Source: Pseudogymnoascus verrucosus
Taxonomy: Eukaryota
NCBI GenBank assembly: GCA_001662655.1
Contig: KV460207.1
DNA length: 64,000 nt
Reading direction: 5' to 3' (one strand)
This document shows, one piece after another, positions 11,565-22,816 of the stretch (the first letter of the stretch is position 1; the number at the start of each line of letters is the position of its first letter). The position numbers and the translations under genes were made by a program. The notes beneath the pieces were generated by a model that saw nothing but the letters and a program-made list of their open reading frames with translations, did not search any database and was not told the origin of the DNA.

Positions 11565-14500
11565 ATGTCGCAAATCAGTCTCAACATACCGCTAATCCGG
11601 AATGCCACACCCAAAGAACTTGTGTCATATCTCGACGAACTTAGACAAAGTCATCCAGACGTTAGCGTTTGCCAGTCACTCTTCGAAGCCGTAGATCACG
11701 AGTACTTGTCGCCGCTCATCTTTAATGCCTTTATTCCCCGGGTTTCATGTCTTGATGCTATCGTATTATGCATTCACCGCGGGCCATCACGAGTAATTCG
11801 GAAACAAGGCATCAAACAATTCGGCAAAGAACTAGCTAAGCTTGAGCAATGGGAATCAGCGTGGAGAGCGATAGGCGGAACGAATGGGCTCATCGACCTC
11901 TTCGCAAGGGTATCCGTCGCAGAGGTGAAGGAACTTGCTAGAGCAATTGGATCCTGCCATCGCCCTCACCACAAGGCTGCTGCGCGAGAAAGAGCTATTG
12001 AGGGCTTGCTACATGCACTGCTTCCATCGCACTATCCTGGATCGAAGCTCCAAACACATGACAAGCGTCCCATTACACACCACTATGCTCGGATAGTACC
12101 CGCATGTTCAGTTGAGTTTGTGAAGGAGCTACTTGACGCCAAAGATCAGTCAAATCCTCTTTATGAGCATCTGTCTTCAGGCCGTTTGATAAAGACCCAC
12201 GGCGAGCTGCTGCAGAAGCGAGTATTCGATGGTATCTTTGGCCCTGGGAAAGAGGACGCCCATATTCGCCAATATCTCGAGGCTTTCGTATATAGCCAAC
12301 CGCCGAAGCCTAGCCCAAATTCGAACGTGTCAGTATCGATGGCCTTTGCGACTAAAATATTGCAATCTAGGCTAGAGGATATTAAAAACGATAAGCATTG
12401 GCCCTCCCAGGTCTCCGAAGCTGACGTGCTATTCTCCCTTCTCAATCGTTCACTTAAGAAACGACTGTCTGAGGCTAAATTACGAGATGTCATCATGCTA
12501 GGGCTGAAGTTACTAGAGGCCAAGCCAGGACTCAAGTCTACGTTTCAGTCGAAGGGCATGTGGCTCAAGTTGAGTACCCGTTGGAAGAGAGCACCAGAAC
12601 TCTACGAAGACTCCATTACGCTCGCTCTCCGTCTGCAGTTAGGAGGGACTCAGAAGACAATTGGCAAAGACTTTTTAAGCACGTCAAATACCATACGGCT
12701 GAAGCAAGAGTTGAGATGGCCGCTACTTCGACTGTACTGTCTCCATGTTCCGAAGAAAGCAGTCGACTTAAATGCAGATAGTGACTTCACCCCACTTGCG
12801 GAGCAGCCGTGGCCAAGCGATGTCTTTTACCAGCTAAGCAAGGACCAAGCAGTTAGACTACTGAATGGTCTTTATCGTGCGAACCCGGGGTATAGCTTTT
12901 TGCAGACGCCGGCTAAAACGACGATTCTTGATAATCACGGGATCGCGCCACAGAAGAACTTTAATGCTGTTCTTCTTTTGACTTTACTTCAGCGTAGCTC
13001 TGAAGAAATACAGATGAGGGCCAAGAGTGCTGTTGATGAACTTCGAAAGAAGTCAGCTATTGCAAGAGAGCAGCCGGATAGAGCAAAGCTTGCAATATCA
13101 GCTTCTGCCTATGCCATCGCAAGCGGTAGTCTTGATCTGTATGGCGAGACCATCACATGGCAACAGCGGTTTGTTCGTGATCCTCTTTCAGTGAAAATGA
13201 TCTTTGCTCATGATGCTGTCATGACTGCCGAGGGGATAGAGCTTCTCTCTGGGATACCGAAACCATTGCCAGACGGCATTACATTGGGCGAAGTGGCATT
13301 AAGCGTGGAAAAAGCTAACGAGATATTGAAAACTTTTCACGAGATTATGCTCATAGCGAAACGAGAGCCATCATTCCAAAAACGGGATTGGGGTGACGTG
13401 ACATCGTTGTTCGGTGCTTCAATCAGTCTCCGTGTTGAGCGCGCGGCAGCCCTTCAGAAGCATCTGCGTGACTCTGAGTCCGATGTGTATACTGCAATAT
13501 GGGATGGTACTTTAACCATGCTTGGGAACGTAGATGTTGCTTTCCTCAAGCAATCCTATCAGCTGATCAAACGTCTTCTCAGCGCCCTCCCTCCAACATC
13601 TCTCGCCGCTACATCAAAGGCCATGCTCGAAGCCGGAAATGAGGCGCGTATGCGGAAAGAACGCCAGTCGGGCGACGATACTATAGAGCTTCTGTCTTAT
13701 GAGTTGCTACTGCAGCTCACAAAGAGTGAGAAGCCAGAACTGGCACAACAGCTTGTCCTTCGAACAATACTAGATCGGCCAGATGCAAGCTCTTGGCATA
13801 GACTATTTCTGTCGGTTCCATTCATGAAGTCCTTGTCTGCAAAAGACGCCCACCAAATGCTTCTCGCTTTTGCTACTGCAATTGGCGAAAAGCTGGAAGA
13901 GCAATCGTACGTCAAAGTCGGCGAGGCTCAACCACCCAAGTCAGCGCCGCCTACATCACTTGTTAAGGTCACGACAGTCAAGCATCTAGCTCAGCTCCTC
14001 GATAACGCCGAGTTCATCTCCGCGGACGCGGCAGTGGAAGTATTAGTGGAGCTGTTCAAAGCTGGGACACACAGAGATATCCGACTCGCCACGCTAGGCA
14101 GTCTGCTGAGCTTGCTAAACAATCTGTGCAGCGGCGCAGACGAGAACTGGAGATCTAATTCTTTAGTCGAAAAAATTATGGAAGCGCTAGAAACGGTCAT
14201 ACCCATTGTTGGAAGTATCAATGAGCGTCGCCCACTGCGGGAGGAGGACTGGTTGGAAGCTAGAGAAACGGGAAGTCTACCAGACGTATCTGACATCTCT
14301 GATGGCTTGCCACCCCTGCTAAGTGCTACACTTACAGCAGCCTGTTCGCCGCAGTATCCCGGGTTGAAGAAGTTAAGGGCTGAATTTGTGACGCGGTATC
14401 TACTGCCTGCTCTCAGGCTTTCCCAGAGAGAACACCAGAAGTGGGTTGCTTTATTTCTAGCTAAGCACAAAGCGAACCTCACTGTGGACGATCTTCCTCC

Positions 14501-15566
14501 GACGCCAATCACCCCAAAAGTATGGGAAGTTCTCGTAGGAAACTACCTCGAGTTAATTCCTACCATGGTGTTAGATGATTTCAACAAGCATATTGTCATG
14601 ACTATCGCCCCGTCTGCAGACTTGAGAGACTTCAACAAGTCGCTTAGAAAGAACATTGATCTTTGCAACACCCCGGAAGTTCAACACTGGCTGTCTGTCT
14701 TTGGGCAGAGTATGGATCAGTACCGTACTTCTGGAACTCAAACGCTAGTGAGCATGATCCATAATGCCAAGCCAGTTCCTTTAGTTCGCAACGGCATAAC
14801 TTTCGACAAAGTGCTAGATAAAGTCCTTATGCACGCATCGCTGTTTCTTACTGAATACGAAAACTACACTGATATTTGGAGCGGCTTCGTGAAAGATCTT
14901 CGTCCTCCAACGTGGTTCACTTACCGACACCAGGGTGCGGATTCAATGCGTGCAGCGTCCTCGGCGTGGACTACAACTAGCAGACTCGTACTTGAGAAAG
15001 TCACTGCGTTAGTTTCCGACAAAAGGAAGAAGAATACACGAGAACGCAAGCTCAGCCTTCTCCCTTCGACGACAAAACTCCGTCTTTGGCTCCTTCCTTA
15101 TCCCTGTTTTCCCGACGCTACGAAGGTCGACCATCAGTGCAAAGCTTTTGCTAACGAGATGGTGGAATTGCTAAACGATCTCCTCGCACCTGAAGCTAAC
15201 TTGATGCGCTGGCACGTAATCGCCGAAGATGCGTGTACCGTTTCTGACTTTCTCAATACGGCCGAAGAACAGCTTCGTGTAGCTCTATATATCGGAAAGC
15301 TTATGGGATCGTCGGATAGAGCTGGGGATCTGAGATCATCAGCCCTGAATTTTGTAAGGATTGCGGTGGCGATGAAACTTATTGGACAGGGGCGGGAAAT
15401 CCTAGAGAAGCCTAACAAGGGCGCATTGTCTGAAGATGTTGTCCGCGGCGTTGTGAATATGGTTGAAGAGTGGCAGAACCATTTTGACGAAGGTATTCGG
15501 GAGAAGGTGGCAGAGTGGAGGAGGGCACAGAGTGGTCTTTGGAAGATTTTGATGAGCAGAGATTGA
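11565..15566 (+). CDS. Large uncharacterised protein (1333 aa), Leu/Ala-rich, probably alpha-solenoid
   Basis: Uninterrupted 4-kb ATG-started ORF with globular, amphipathic-helix composition. No catalytic motif recognised. Confidence 0.85.
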   Translation: MSQISLNIPLIRNATPKELVSYLDELRQSHPDVSVCQSLFEAVDHEYLSPLIFNAFIPRVSCLDAIVLCIHRGPSRVIRKQGIKQFGKELAKLEQWESAWRAIGGTNGLIDLFARVSVAEVKELARAIGSCHRPHHKAAARERAIEGLLHALLPSHYPGSKLQTHDKRPITHHYARIVPACSVEFVKELLDAKDQSNPLYEHLSSGRLIKTHGELLQKRVFDGIFGPGKEDAHIRQYLEAFVYSQPPKPSPNSNVSVSMAFATKILQSRLEDIKNDKHWPSQVSEADVLFSLLNRSLKKRLSEAKLRDVIMLGLKLLEAKPGLKSTFQSKGMWLKLSTRWKRAPELYEDSITLALRLQLGGTQKTIGKDFLSTSNTIRLKQELRWPLLRLYCLHVPKKAVDLNADSDFTPLAEQPWPSDVFYQLSKDQAVRLLNGLYRANPGYSFLQTPAKTTILDNHGIAPQKNFNAVLLLTLLQRSSEEIQMRAKSAVDELRKKSAIAREQPDRAKLAISASAYAIASGSLDLYGETITWQQRFVRDPLSVKMIFAHDAVMTAEGIELLSGIPKPLPDGITLGEVALSVEKANEILKTFHEIMLIAKREPSFQKRDWGDVTSLFGASISLRVERAAALQKHLRDSESDVYTAIWDGTLTMLGNVDVAFLKQSYQLIKRLLSALPPTSLAATSKAMLEAGNEARMRKERQSGDDTIELLSYELLLQLTKSEKPELAQQLVLRTILDRPDASSWHRLFLSVPFMKSLSAKDAHQMLLAFATAIGEKLEEQSYVKVGEAQPPKSAPPTSLVKVTTVKHLAQLLDNAEFISADAAVEVLVELFKAGTHRDIRLATLGSLLSLLNNLCSGADENWRSNSLVEKIMEALETVIPIVGSINERRPLREEDWLEARETGSLPDVSDISDGLPPLLSATLTAACSPQYPGLKKLRAEFVTRYLLPALRLSQREHQKWVALFLAKHKANLTVDDLPPTPITPKVWEVLVGNYLELIPTMVLDDFNKHIVMTIAPSADLRDFNKSLRKNIDLCNTPEVQHWLSVFGQSMDQYRTSGTQTLVSMIHNAKPVPLVRNGITFDKVLDKVLMHASLFLTEYENYTDIWSGFVKDLRPPTWFTYRHQGADSMRAASSAWTTTSRLVLEKVTALVSDKRKKNTRERKLSLLPSTTKLRLWLLPYPCFPDATKVDHQCKAFANEMVELLNDLLAPEANLMRWHVIAEDACTVSDFLNTAEEQLRVALYIGKLMGSSDRAGDLRSSALNFVRIAVAMKLIGQGREILEKPNKGALSEDVVRGVVNMVEEWQNHFDEGIREKVAEWRRAQSGLWKILMSRD

Positions 15567-15689
15567 GCAATTTCAATATATGAGATGTAGTAACTTTTCA
15601 AAGAAATTATGTTCTAGATATAGTGCATAAGAAGAAAATACCATGCTGCGTAATATTTGACAAACGAAAACATATGTGTGCCCAAAATA

Positions 15690-18600
15690 CTACTGCCGCC
15701 TGGTGTAAAGAGAACTTTGGATGACAGCCACCTCGCCTTTGTGTGGCACCAACACTATCCCATCACCTGTTACCGCACACAACCCAAGCATCTCCGTCGT
15801 CACCCAGTCCCTCGGTAGGAAGAAATGCCGCTGTTCTTTCTCTTGCTCTGAGCCGATGCTCCATGAGCAGATCCAAAAACTTCGATCAATGAACACTAGC
15901 CTGTCCTTCCCAATAATTCCTAAGGGGTATTCGATCGTGCTATTTATCTCATTTGGTATTTGAACCGGAGAAATTTTGCACGCATCTAGGTCTTGGATGT
16001 CGGATAAATTAATTATTTGAATACCCGACCTGCGATTATCATAGGGTCCTTCCTGTGAGATAGACATGATGGCGTAGTTTCGAGTAGTGGAGACAAGAAT
16101 TTTATCGACATAATCATGGGCTTGTCTATTAACTTGTAAAATGATCGATGTCGTGCTGATGTCTCCCTTTTGTCCAATTTTTGTTTCCGCCAAGTGAGGC
16201 TTGTTAATATCCCACTGTCTCATTATTTCCAAGCCTTTCCATGAATAAGATGAGACAGTGTCGATATTACAGGCAAGAAGCTGGTCCCCTATAATGGGAT
16301 GATTGGCCCATTTCTGACTGCCGTCTGATTCTAGTTTTGCACAGGCCTCCTTTGTTGAGATGTCATATATGATGGCGAATTTATAACCAGCAATGAGTAA
16401 GAAGCGGCCTCGGGGATGGAGATGGATTTGGTGTACCTTGCCACTTTCTCGGTGGCAATCTTTGTTGAAGAGCGTCTGAAATGCAAACATGTCCCCGTTA
16501 GGTGCAAGAACACATTCTTTCACCGTAAAAGAATCGAAATCTGAATATGCTATATAGTTCCCATCCTCATGCCAGATGAGAAATTGGACTGCTCCTCCCC
16601 ACTTTGTGTTTCCGGCCCTTTGAGATTTCAATATAGACACATTGTTAATTTCTACTAGACCATCTTCGTTTCCATACCAGAATAAGCCACCGAGCGGTCT
16701 CGCGGCAAGAGCAGTAATTTGCACTGGCGCATCCACAAATTCTTCAGAAGGATGGTTCGAAATGACTACACTCATAGATTCAGGGTCGCTTTTGCTGCTG
16801 CCATAATCTGAGTAGGGAAGTCTAACAAGCGCACTCGGCTCCCATATGTTGCAGTATGACCCACGAAGGTCATAAAAGCGCCTGCTATCCATGCCGAAAC
16901 AGAGGTCTGTAATGACATCCTCGGCGGAGAGTTTATATAGCAATGAGAAATGCTCGTAGCTGTAGAGTCTAACAGAACCGTCCTGGTCACTTAATAGAAA
17001 AAGAACGCCATCTGGGCTACACTGGATCTCTGATGGACAATAGTATATGTCGGCTTCTAACTCTTGGTGGTCACTTTCTTCAACTGGATTCCATTTAAAG
17101 ACAGTGCCGTCAGTATAGATTCCAAGCAGAATTTCTCCACTCGGATGCCAGACAGCTCTAATAACACCAGTCCAGCCTGCGTTAGGACCAACGCTGTATG
17201 TAAGTCGTCTCTTGCATGCGCTTACTCGCACTAACTCAACCATATCCCACACTTCCAATGCAGAGCCACGGTATCCAATTGCCATTAAGGTAGCATCTGT
17301 ATTAAATGCCATAGTCGTAGGTGTGTTTACATATGCATTCGTCTCAGCCCCCTGTAAAAACTCGGAATTTATTGGAGTCCACGTTAATGACTCCAGATAG
17401 GAGGCTACTGCGACTTTGCGACTGTTGAGACCCACAACTAACTTTGTATCGCCACCTGAGAAAACGATGGTAAGGGCGTGTGACTCCGGGGGATTATTTA
17501 TTGTGTATAACTCCTTCCTCGTAGTCACGTCCCATATTTTTGTCGTTTGATAGCCATACGTTGCAAGGTGTGTCCCAGTGCTAGTGAAACTCATTGCAGT
17601 GACAAATTCGTCATGTTTAATAGCCGGAATTTTCTCGGGGGTTACACAATCCGAATCCACAGGAGGACAGAGGACGAGTCAAGAAATTTAACAAGTCAGG
17701 CAAGGGATGGTATGCCCACGAAGCCGCAGCATAAATAGCAAATGGTGGTGCATCCTCTTGGCTGAGCCTTTCTTTTTGGCCTAGTTTTTGTCGGAACGTT
17801 TGCTCTAAAAATATACCAATTGATTGCTGAAATAAATTTTCATGTATATGCTCCGAATTAAATTCAAAAGGTAGATTTGCAGTTTTGAGTAGGTATTCCC
17901 GGGCTGTTTTATGGACTAGAACTATTGCGTTGTTGCTATCGACGACGACAAAATGACCGCAGAGTTGTCCAATGGTATACCGCAGATCAATAATAACCGG
18001 TATATCGCGAGGTAATGCTTGTAGGAAATCATTGACAGTTAGAGGGCGCTGACAATATGCAGCCCAAGATAGGATTGATTTCGCAATAGCAAGATCAGAT
18101 GGCCTAGCGAGACGACACACTGTAGCTTCCATCCGCTTATATACGGACTCCATGCCAGATGGCATTTCCTCGAGAACTTGTGATATGTCCTCTAGACTGT
18201 GGCACTGTAGGACCTCTTTGATAGCGAGAGTTACCCATAGGAAGTTCCCTTCAGCACGGCTGATTATTGCTTCGAGGACTTCTTGTCGGAATTTCAAACT
18301 GCCATGCATATATTCCATCTCGCTCTCTGCACATAATCTGATGTCGTCTAAATTATCAGATAATGACAACCTAGTAAGTAACGACGCTGGAGCAATGCGG
18401 TCAAAGGCTGTAGTAATATCTGGTAATTTTCGACTGGTAACTAGTAGCCGGACGGGCATGCGAGACCTTTCAATATTCTGGAAGAATCCCACGATCGTAC
18501 TAATCGAATCGGCCTCGTCGAGAGCGTCGATAATAATATATAGTGGCTTTGGCGCTTCGATTTTAAATAAAACATCGTTGAATATCCTATTCCAAATCAT

Positions 18601-19040
18601 CTGTGGCGACATTTTTTCGATAGCAACTCCATAGTCTTTCATTGCAACCAATGATTTGCGAAATATGGGTAGTTCCTGAGCAATTTGATAAATGAGAGAC
18701 TGTAATAAGGAGCCTGGCGACCTTTTGCGGGAGTCTCCGTATCGAAAAAAGTAGTATGCACACGAAAGGCCCCTCCGTTTCATATCTTGAATATAAACAG
18801 CTGTCGTAACAGATTTTCCGCCTCCTGGTTGCCCATAAATCCATAGTATTTTAGACTTGAATGGGTTGTCTCTCCAATCTTGAATTTCTTCAACTGAAAA
18901 GGCACCATGGCAGGTTCCTTGCCTCCGTAACTGCAAAATATATGTATAATCGTCCTCCGAATTTGAAAATGTCCCGAGTAGTGACATAAGTTTTTCATTT
19001 TCTGCCGCGGACTGTGTTTGCTGAAGGCGGACTTTTGTTT
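15690..19040 (-). pseudogene. NACHT + WD40 (fungal NLR-type STAND) gene, 5'-truncated and internally disrupted
   Basis: Walker A GQPGGGKS, Walker B IIIDALDE, AEGNFLWV and VLVHKTAREYL, then WD40-like repeats (TTKIWD, LEVWD, VFKWN) in a different frame. Frame break at about 17645-17700. No N-terminal effector domain or credible start codon. Confidence 0.8.
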
Positions 19041-19044
19041 CACA

Positions 19045-19689
19045 ATAGCTGGAGACCTCGCAGACCTGCACAAGACATCTGTTTCTCCAACTGGGAAATT
19101 TGGCTTCTATCTCCCAACTTATGATGGCTGGCAACCGCAAGAGGTTGGACAATGGGACCCCTCCTGGACCTCCTGCTTTTCGAGACTTCTAAAAGGGCTT
19201 TGGGAACTAGATGCTAAGATGAATGGGCACTAGACGGAGCTGGACATTGCGATGGAGGATACGCTTACTAAAGTTATTCCAAGGCTTATTGGCATTCTGG
19301 AAAGAGATGGCAGAAGCATCAAGCCTTGCCTCATCCATGGCGATCTCTGGGAGAGTAACATCGGCACCGATTCTACGAATGGTAATATCTATATCTTTGA
19401 TGCTGCAGCATATTACGCGCATAATGAGATGGAGATTGGGATATGGAGAGTTGACCATCACAAGATGGTGGAAAATGAAGCTTACCGACAAGAGTATGCA
19501 GAACAGTTCAAGAAGAGCGAGCCGGCTGATGAATGGGATGACCGGCTTAAATTGTACGGGGTTAAGACCAAGCTCATGTATTCGGCAGGGGTTCCGAATG
19601 GTGCAGATGTTCGACAGAAAGCTTTGGATGACCTTCAGGATCTGATTGAAAAGTATGGCGGCGAGCATACAGGCCTGACAAGATCCTAG
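19045..19689 (+). pseudogene. Fructosamine-3-kinase / ketosamine kinase family, C-terminal fragment with an in-frame stop
   Basis: LADLHKTSVSPTGKFGF, VIPRL, KPCLIHGDLWESN, IFDAAAYYAHNEMEIG. In-frame TAG at 19231-19233. N-lobe absent. Confidence 0.82.
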
Positions 19690-20380
19690 AATACCAATTA
19701 TATAGCTGTTAATGTTAGCACTGTCAGTATAAATCATTAAAGTGGCGGACAACTCTGTCTTGCATCAGCTCTGCTACCGATCTTCACTGAAGTCACCCTT
19801 CTAGCTACGAGTGAAACTCGCAGGATGGGCTACAAGGAAGGTTGGCTACCTAACATGACCCATTCACCAGTACTACATTTTCTAGTTAGGTTACAGTAGT
19901 CTGTCGCCTATGGAATTTCCCAACGGGCTCCATTGCTAATGGTGGGGGTTGATATAACGGTGAGAAGAGCGGACCAGTAACAAGAATGGTGGTCTGGTAG
20001 GAGGAGTTCGGTGAGACGAGGGACGCCGTAGCAGGAACGGTGACAGCGAGATTCGGCAACATTTCTTACTCCTGGTGGGCGTCGAAACTCAGTTGTTGTT
20101 TTTCCATCGCCAAAGGAGATTCCATAAATTCCACCCGAAGTACTTGTCATATCCGTCGTTCATAAGCTGAACGATTTCGGAGATAGATGAACATCCATCA
20201 ATGAGGTGGAAGAATAGAGTCACAAGTTTCGGTAAATGATATACATTGATATACATCTATAATTCAAAGAGCTTTATTGATCAACGTATGTGACTATATA
20301 TCACCAAATAGCACTAAATAGAGATACATTACTCTGTCAACTTTTATACCCTCCCCCCTTCAACCCTCCCCCACACGCAA

Positions 20381-22816
20381 CTAATACGGCCATACCCAGT
20401 TGGTAATTTCATCCGGGTCCGTCCCATGCTCAAACGCCCAGTTCCGCATCCTGATCTGCTCATCCAGCAGCGCCTCCCTCGTCGCCGCGCCCCTATTATG
20501 CAGCTCACCCTCCAAGCGCTGCAGCGCGTCCATAGCAAGACTATACCGATCCGTCTGGTTCCTAATCGCCAACTCGAGCGGCGTGTCGATATTTCCCTTC
20601 TCGCGGTATCCACGGACGTGCATGTTCGTGTTGCCAGGGCGCTTATACGTCAGGCGGTGGATGAGGAAGGGGTAGCTGTGGAAGTTGAAGATGATGGGCT
20701 TGTCAGCCGTGAAGATGGCAGAGTAAGCAGAGTCAGTGAGACCGTGGGGGTGGTCCGCGGCAGAGATGAGTTTGAAGAGGTCGACGACGTTGACGAAGCG
20801 GATCTTGAGGTCAGGGACATGCTGGCGGAGGAGGGCGACGGCTGCGAGGGCTTCTTGGGTGGAGATATCACCGCAGGCGGCCATTACAACGTCGGGTTCG
20901 GCGTCTTTATCGTTAGAGGCCCATTCCCAGATTCCGATACCCTTGGTGCAATGGATGACTGCGTCGGGCATGGACAGGAACTGCAAATGCTCCTGTTTAT
21001 CGGCCACAATGACGTTGACGTAGTTCTCAGACTGGAAGCAGTGGTCCATCACGGAGAGCAAGCAGTTCCCGTCGGGGGGAAGGTAGATGCGCACAACCTC
21101 CGGAGACTTTTGCGCCACGACAGCCAAAAATCCGGGGTCTTGGTGGGTGAAACCGTTGTGATCCTGGCGCCAGACGGTGGCGGTGAGAAGAATGTTCAAC
21201 GAGGCAATCTTAACGCGCCATTCTGTCTCAAGCGCCTTCTCGATCCATTTGCAGTGCTGGTTAACCATCGAATCAATGATGTGGATAAAGGGCTCGTAGG
21301 AATTAAGGAGGCCGTGTCTCCCTGATAGGAGATAGCCCTCCAACCAACCCTCGACAGTGTGTTCAGAGAGCATCTCCATCACTCGTCCTGCAAAAGCGAG
21401 ATTTCCTCCGTCGGCATCTTCCTCAAACGTCTCAGCCATCCACACCTTTTTACCAGCTGCATAGATCCCATCCAGCTTGTTGGACTGAGTCTCATCGGGT
21501 CCGAAGACACGGAAGTTAGTCTGGTTCTTGGCGATGATGTCGCGGAGGAAAAGAGCCATGTTTTCCATTGAGGGGCCCAAAGCGTGCCCATTTCTGGCCA
21601 CCTTGATTGCATAGTCACGGAAGTCTGGAATATGCAATGGCTTGCGCAATATCCCGCCGTTCCCGACGGGGTTGGCACTCATACGGCTGTTGCCTTTCGG
21701 GGGAAGCTCCCTTAGCTCGGAGATAAGCCTACCGTCTTGGAAGAGACGCTCTGGCTCATAGCTTCGCATCCACTTTTCAAAGATGGCAAAGTGCTTCTTA
21801 TTCTTAGCAATATCGGGGATTGGGATTTGATGGGCGCGCCAGAAACCTTCGAGGAAATGGCCATCAATTTCTCGAGGAGCAGTCCATCCCTTAGGAGTGC
21901 GAAGAATGATCATTGGCCAAAAGGGGCGGAACGCCTTCCCGGAGTCGCGCGCTTTCTTTTGGTATCCGCGGATTTCTGTGATACATTTTTCCACGGTGGC
22001 CGCCATAGCTTGATGCATGGTTTCATGGTCGCTTCCTTCAACAAAGTATGGTTGCCAGCCGTATCCAATAAAGAGAGCCTCAAGCTCACGGTGACTGATG
22101 CGAGCCAATATTGTTGGGTTGTTGATTTTATATCCATTCAGATGCAGGATTGGGAGAACAGCACCATCTGTAATTGGGTTGAGAAATTTTGTGCTGTGCC
22201 AGCTGGTCGCAAGAGGACCCGTCTCGGACTCTCCGTCCCCAACCATGGTGATAGATATGAGATTCGGATGGTCAAAGACTGCGCCGAAAGAATGAGAGAT
22301 GGAATAACCAAGCTCTCCGCCCTCGTGAATGCTGCCTGGAGTCTCTGGTGTTGCATGGCTTCCAATGCCGCCTGGGAATGAGAATTGCTTGAAGAATCGT
22401 TTCATTCCGTCTTCATCTTCAGACTTATCAGGGTAAACCTCGCTATATGTCCCTTCAAGATAAGCCTGGGAAAGGACTGCAGGTGCGCCATGACCCGGTC
22501 CAGAAACGAAAAATGCGTCCAGATCGTACTTCTTAATCATTCGGTTGACATGGATATAGGTAAATATCTGTCCGGCATCTGATCCCCAGTGACCAAGTAG
22601 TCTTGCCTTCAAATGTTCGACCTTGAGAGGCTCTTTGAGAAGCGGATTCTGTTTCAAGTGTATCATGCCAAGGCAAAGATATAAGGAAGCTCTCATATAG
22701 TCATCTATCTTTTTCAGCTCGTCAGGCGCCAATGGGGCACCCGACACGGTTGATCTGGCCTTGCCATATGGTGAAATGCTCTTGACCGCTATATCGGTCT
22801 CAGCTGGCGTAGCCAT
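20381..22816 (-). CDS. xfp: Xylulose-5-P/fructose-6-P phosphoketolase (TPP-dependent), intronless
   Basis: RLLGHWG, GPGHG, SIHEGGELGYS, GDGESETGPLATSW, LHLNGYKI, EMLSEH, WRQDHNGFTHQDPGF. First ATG at 22816. Confidence 0.96.
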   Translation of the reverse strand: MATPAETDIAVKSISPYGKARSTVSGAPLAPDELKKIDDYMRASLYLCLGMIHLKQNPLLKEPLKVEHLKARLLGHWGSDAGQIFTYIHVNRMIKKYDLDAFFVSGPGHGAPAVLSQAYLEGTYSEVYPDKSEDEDGMKRFFKQFSFPGGIGSHATPETPGSIHEGGELGYSISHSFGAVFDHPNLISITMVGDGESETGPLATSWHSTKFLNPITDGAVLPILHLNGYKINNPTILARISHRELEALFIGYGWQPYFVEGSDHETMHQAMAATVEKCITEIRGYQKKARDSGKAFRPFWPMIILRTPKGWTAPREIDGHFLEGFWRAHQIPIPDIAKNKKHFAIFEKWMRSYEPERLFQDGRLISELRELPPKGNSRMSANPVGNGGILRKPLHIPDFRDYAIKVARNGHALGPSMENMALFLRDIIAKNQTNFRVFGPDETQSNKLDGIYAAGKKVWMAETFEEDADGGNLAFAGRVMEMLSEHTVEGWLEGYLLSGRHGLLNSYEPFIHIIDSMVNQHCKWIEKALETEWRVKIASLNILLTATVWRQDHNGFTHQDPGFLAVVAQKSPEVVRIYLPPDGNCLLSVMDHCFQSENYVNVIVADKQEHLQFLSMPDAVIHCTKGIGIWEWASNDKDAEPDVVMAACGDISTQEALAAVALLRQHVPDLKIRFVNVVDLFKLISAADHPHGLTDSAYSAIFTADKPIIFNFHSYPFLIHRLTYKRPGNTNMHVRGYREKGNIDTPLELAIRNQTDRYSLAMDALQRLEGELHNRGAATREALLDEQIRMRNWAFEHGTDPDEITNWVWPY

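Noticed and set aside
15690..17660. HET-E/HNWD-type hypervariable WD40 array
   Set aside because: The WD repeats are degenerate, with no near-identical 126-bp tandem units.
19040..19152. ORF-track N-terminus of the NACHT protein (MSNLLRLPAI...)
   Set aside because: It is the antisense of the kinase fragment and has a non-ATG start.
19700..20300. Possible further gene remnant beside the island
   Set aside because: Only a short motif-less ORF is present.
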